Shown here: positions 57,798 to 58,528 of the stretch, in pieces
Position numbering within the stretch: position 1 is the first letter of the stretch
How the letters are laid out: each line of letters starts with the position of its first letter
Assembly (NCBI GenBank): GCA_964019425.1
Contig: OZ025785.1
Coordinates: 1,674,001 to 1,732,528 of the forward strand
Source: Flectonema sp. DT1601
Taxonomy: Eukaryota
Reading direction: 5' to 3'
Length of the DNA: 58,528 bases
Notes under the pieces: generated by a model
The model's database searches: none
What the model saw: only the letters and a program-made list of their open reading frames with translations
What the model was told of the DNA's origin: nothing
Translations under genes and position numbers: made by a program

Positions 57798-58528
57798 AAA
57801 ACACGCAACCAAACCGAACATGAATTGCCAGAAGGTTATGAATTGGCACCGGTATTGCGTGCGAGAGGAATCGACCCCACCATATTTAACCGATCACGCA
57901 CTGCATCCACAAAAGCAACAGATCTTTGGCCCTCCTTGATTCCAAATAAATGCGAAGTCTGCGGGGCTACTGAAGGGGTTACTCGTGCCCATATTATTCG
58001 TGAGAGGAATGATGCTAAGCGACTGCAGTTAGACTATGACTCTAACAAGAATGTTCTCTTACTTTGTGGGACTAGGGATACATATCGGTCAAAGGATCCT
58101 CCGAAATCTTGGAAATGCCATGCGATGTTTGACAGAATGATAATGTCATTTCTGCATGTACCTAATGATGAAACCCAGACACAGTTTATTGTGATTGGAG
58201 GGCCTCATAACGGCAAGGTGGTAACATTCTCCCGCAGTCCACACCGACGTGCGATACATTCTCATTTTGAGCATTGTCGTTTGAATAATAGTTTCCGTCT
58301 TGCAGGGGACATAACCGTGAGGCTAGGGACAGAGGACATGAAACCAACAGACCAAACAATTCAGAACTGGGCCGCCAATGTTACCCCTACTGATGGTCCC
58401 ACAAAAATAAAGGAATCCAAGAAACATGAGGAGAAACGGGTGGATCCCAGCGACCCATCAGCAGGGAAGTTCACTTACAAGGAGTTCATCAACTTCTATG
58501 GTCAGAAAGATGGGGCTGCTACATGGAA
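57798..58528 (+). CDS. Exon 2 (runs off the window): HNH endonuclease-like domain (HNH_2-type) plus C-terminal motif
   Basis: Manual translation has no stop over 243 codons: KTRNQTEHEL...CEVCGATEGVTRAHIIRE...DSNKNVLLLCG...KCHAMFDR...PHRRAIHSH...EKRVDPSDPSAGKFTYKEFINFYG. It is absent from the ORF track, probably because it has no stop in the window. Confidence 0.7.

Overview
Eukaryotic (probably protist) genomic DNA with three parts. (1) A head-to-tail array of about 13 near-identical ~4.0-kb units runs from 1 to ~57070. Twelve units carry an identical intronless 310-aa Q/P-rich protein with a hydrophobic C-terminus; the last unit is diverged and truncated. (2) Unit 9 holds an apparently intact ~6.2-kb non-LTR retrotransposon (33280-39493) of the RNase H-bearing I/Ingi type, with APE-RT-RNase H-CCHC domains, an AGTTC target-site duplication, a (TAAC)5 tail and a structured 3' UTR. 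Its ORF1 and ORF2 are in the same frame, separated by one TAG in a TMV-type readthrough context (TAG-CAA-TCA). About 30 codons later comes a 2A-like motif (LLRSGIHPNPG|P) that abuts the start of the endonuclease. This candidate readthrough + StopGo double-recoding cassette is the best finding in the window. (3) Beyond the array is a spliced gene, largely missed by the ORF track, encoding an HNH-type nuclease domain. Unit polymorphisms also reveal a 16,121-bp four-unit duplication whose breakpoint falls within a few bases of the retrotransposon target position. No rRNA, tRNA or CRISPR was recognised. Everything was read by eye; no searches or folding programs were run.
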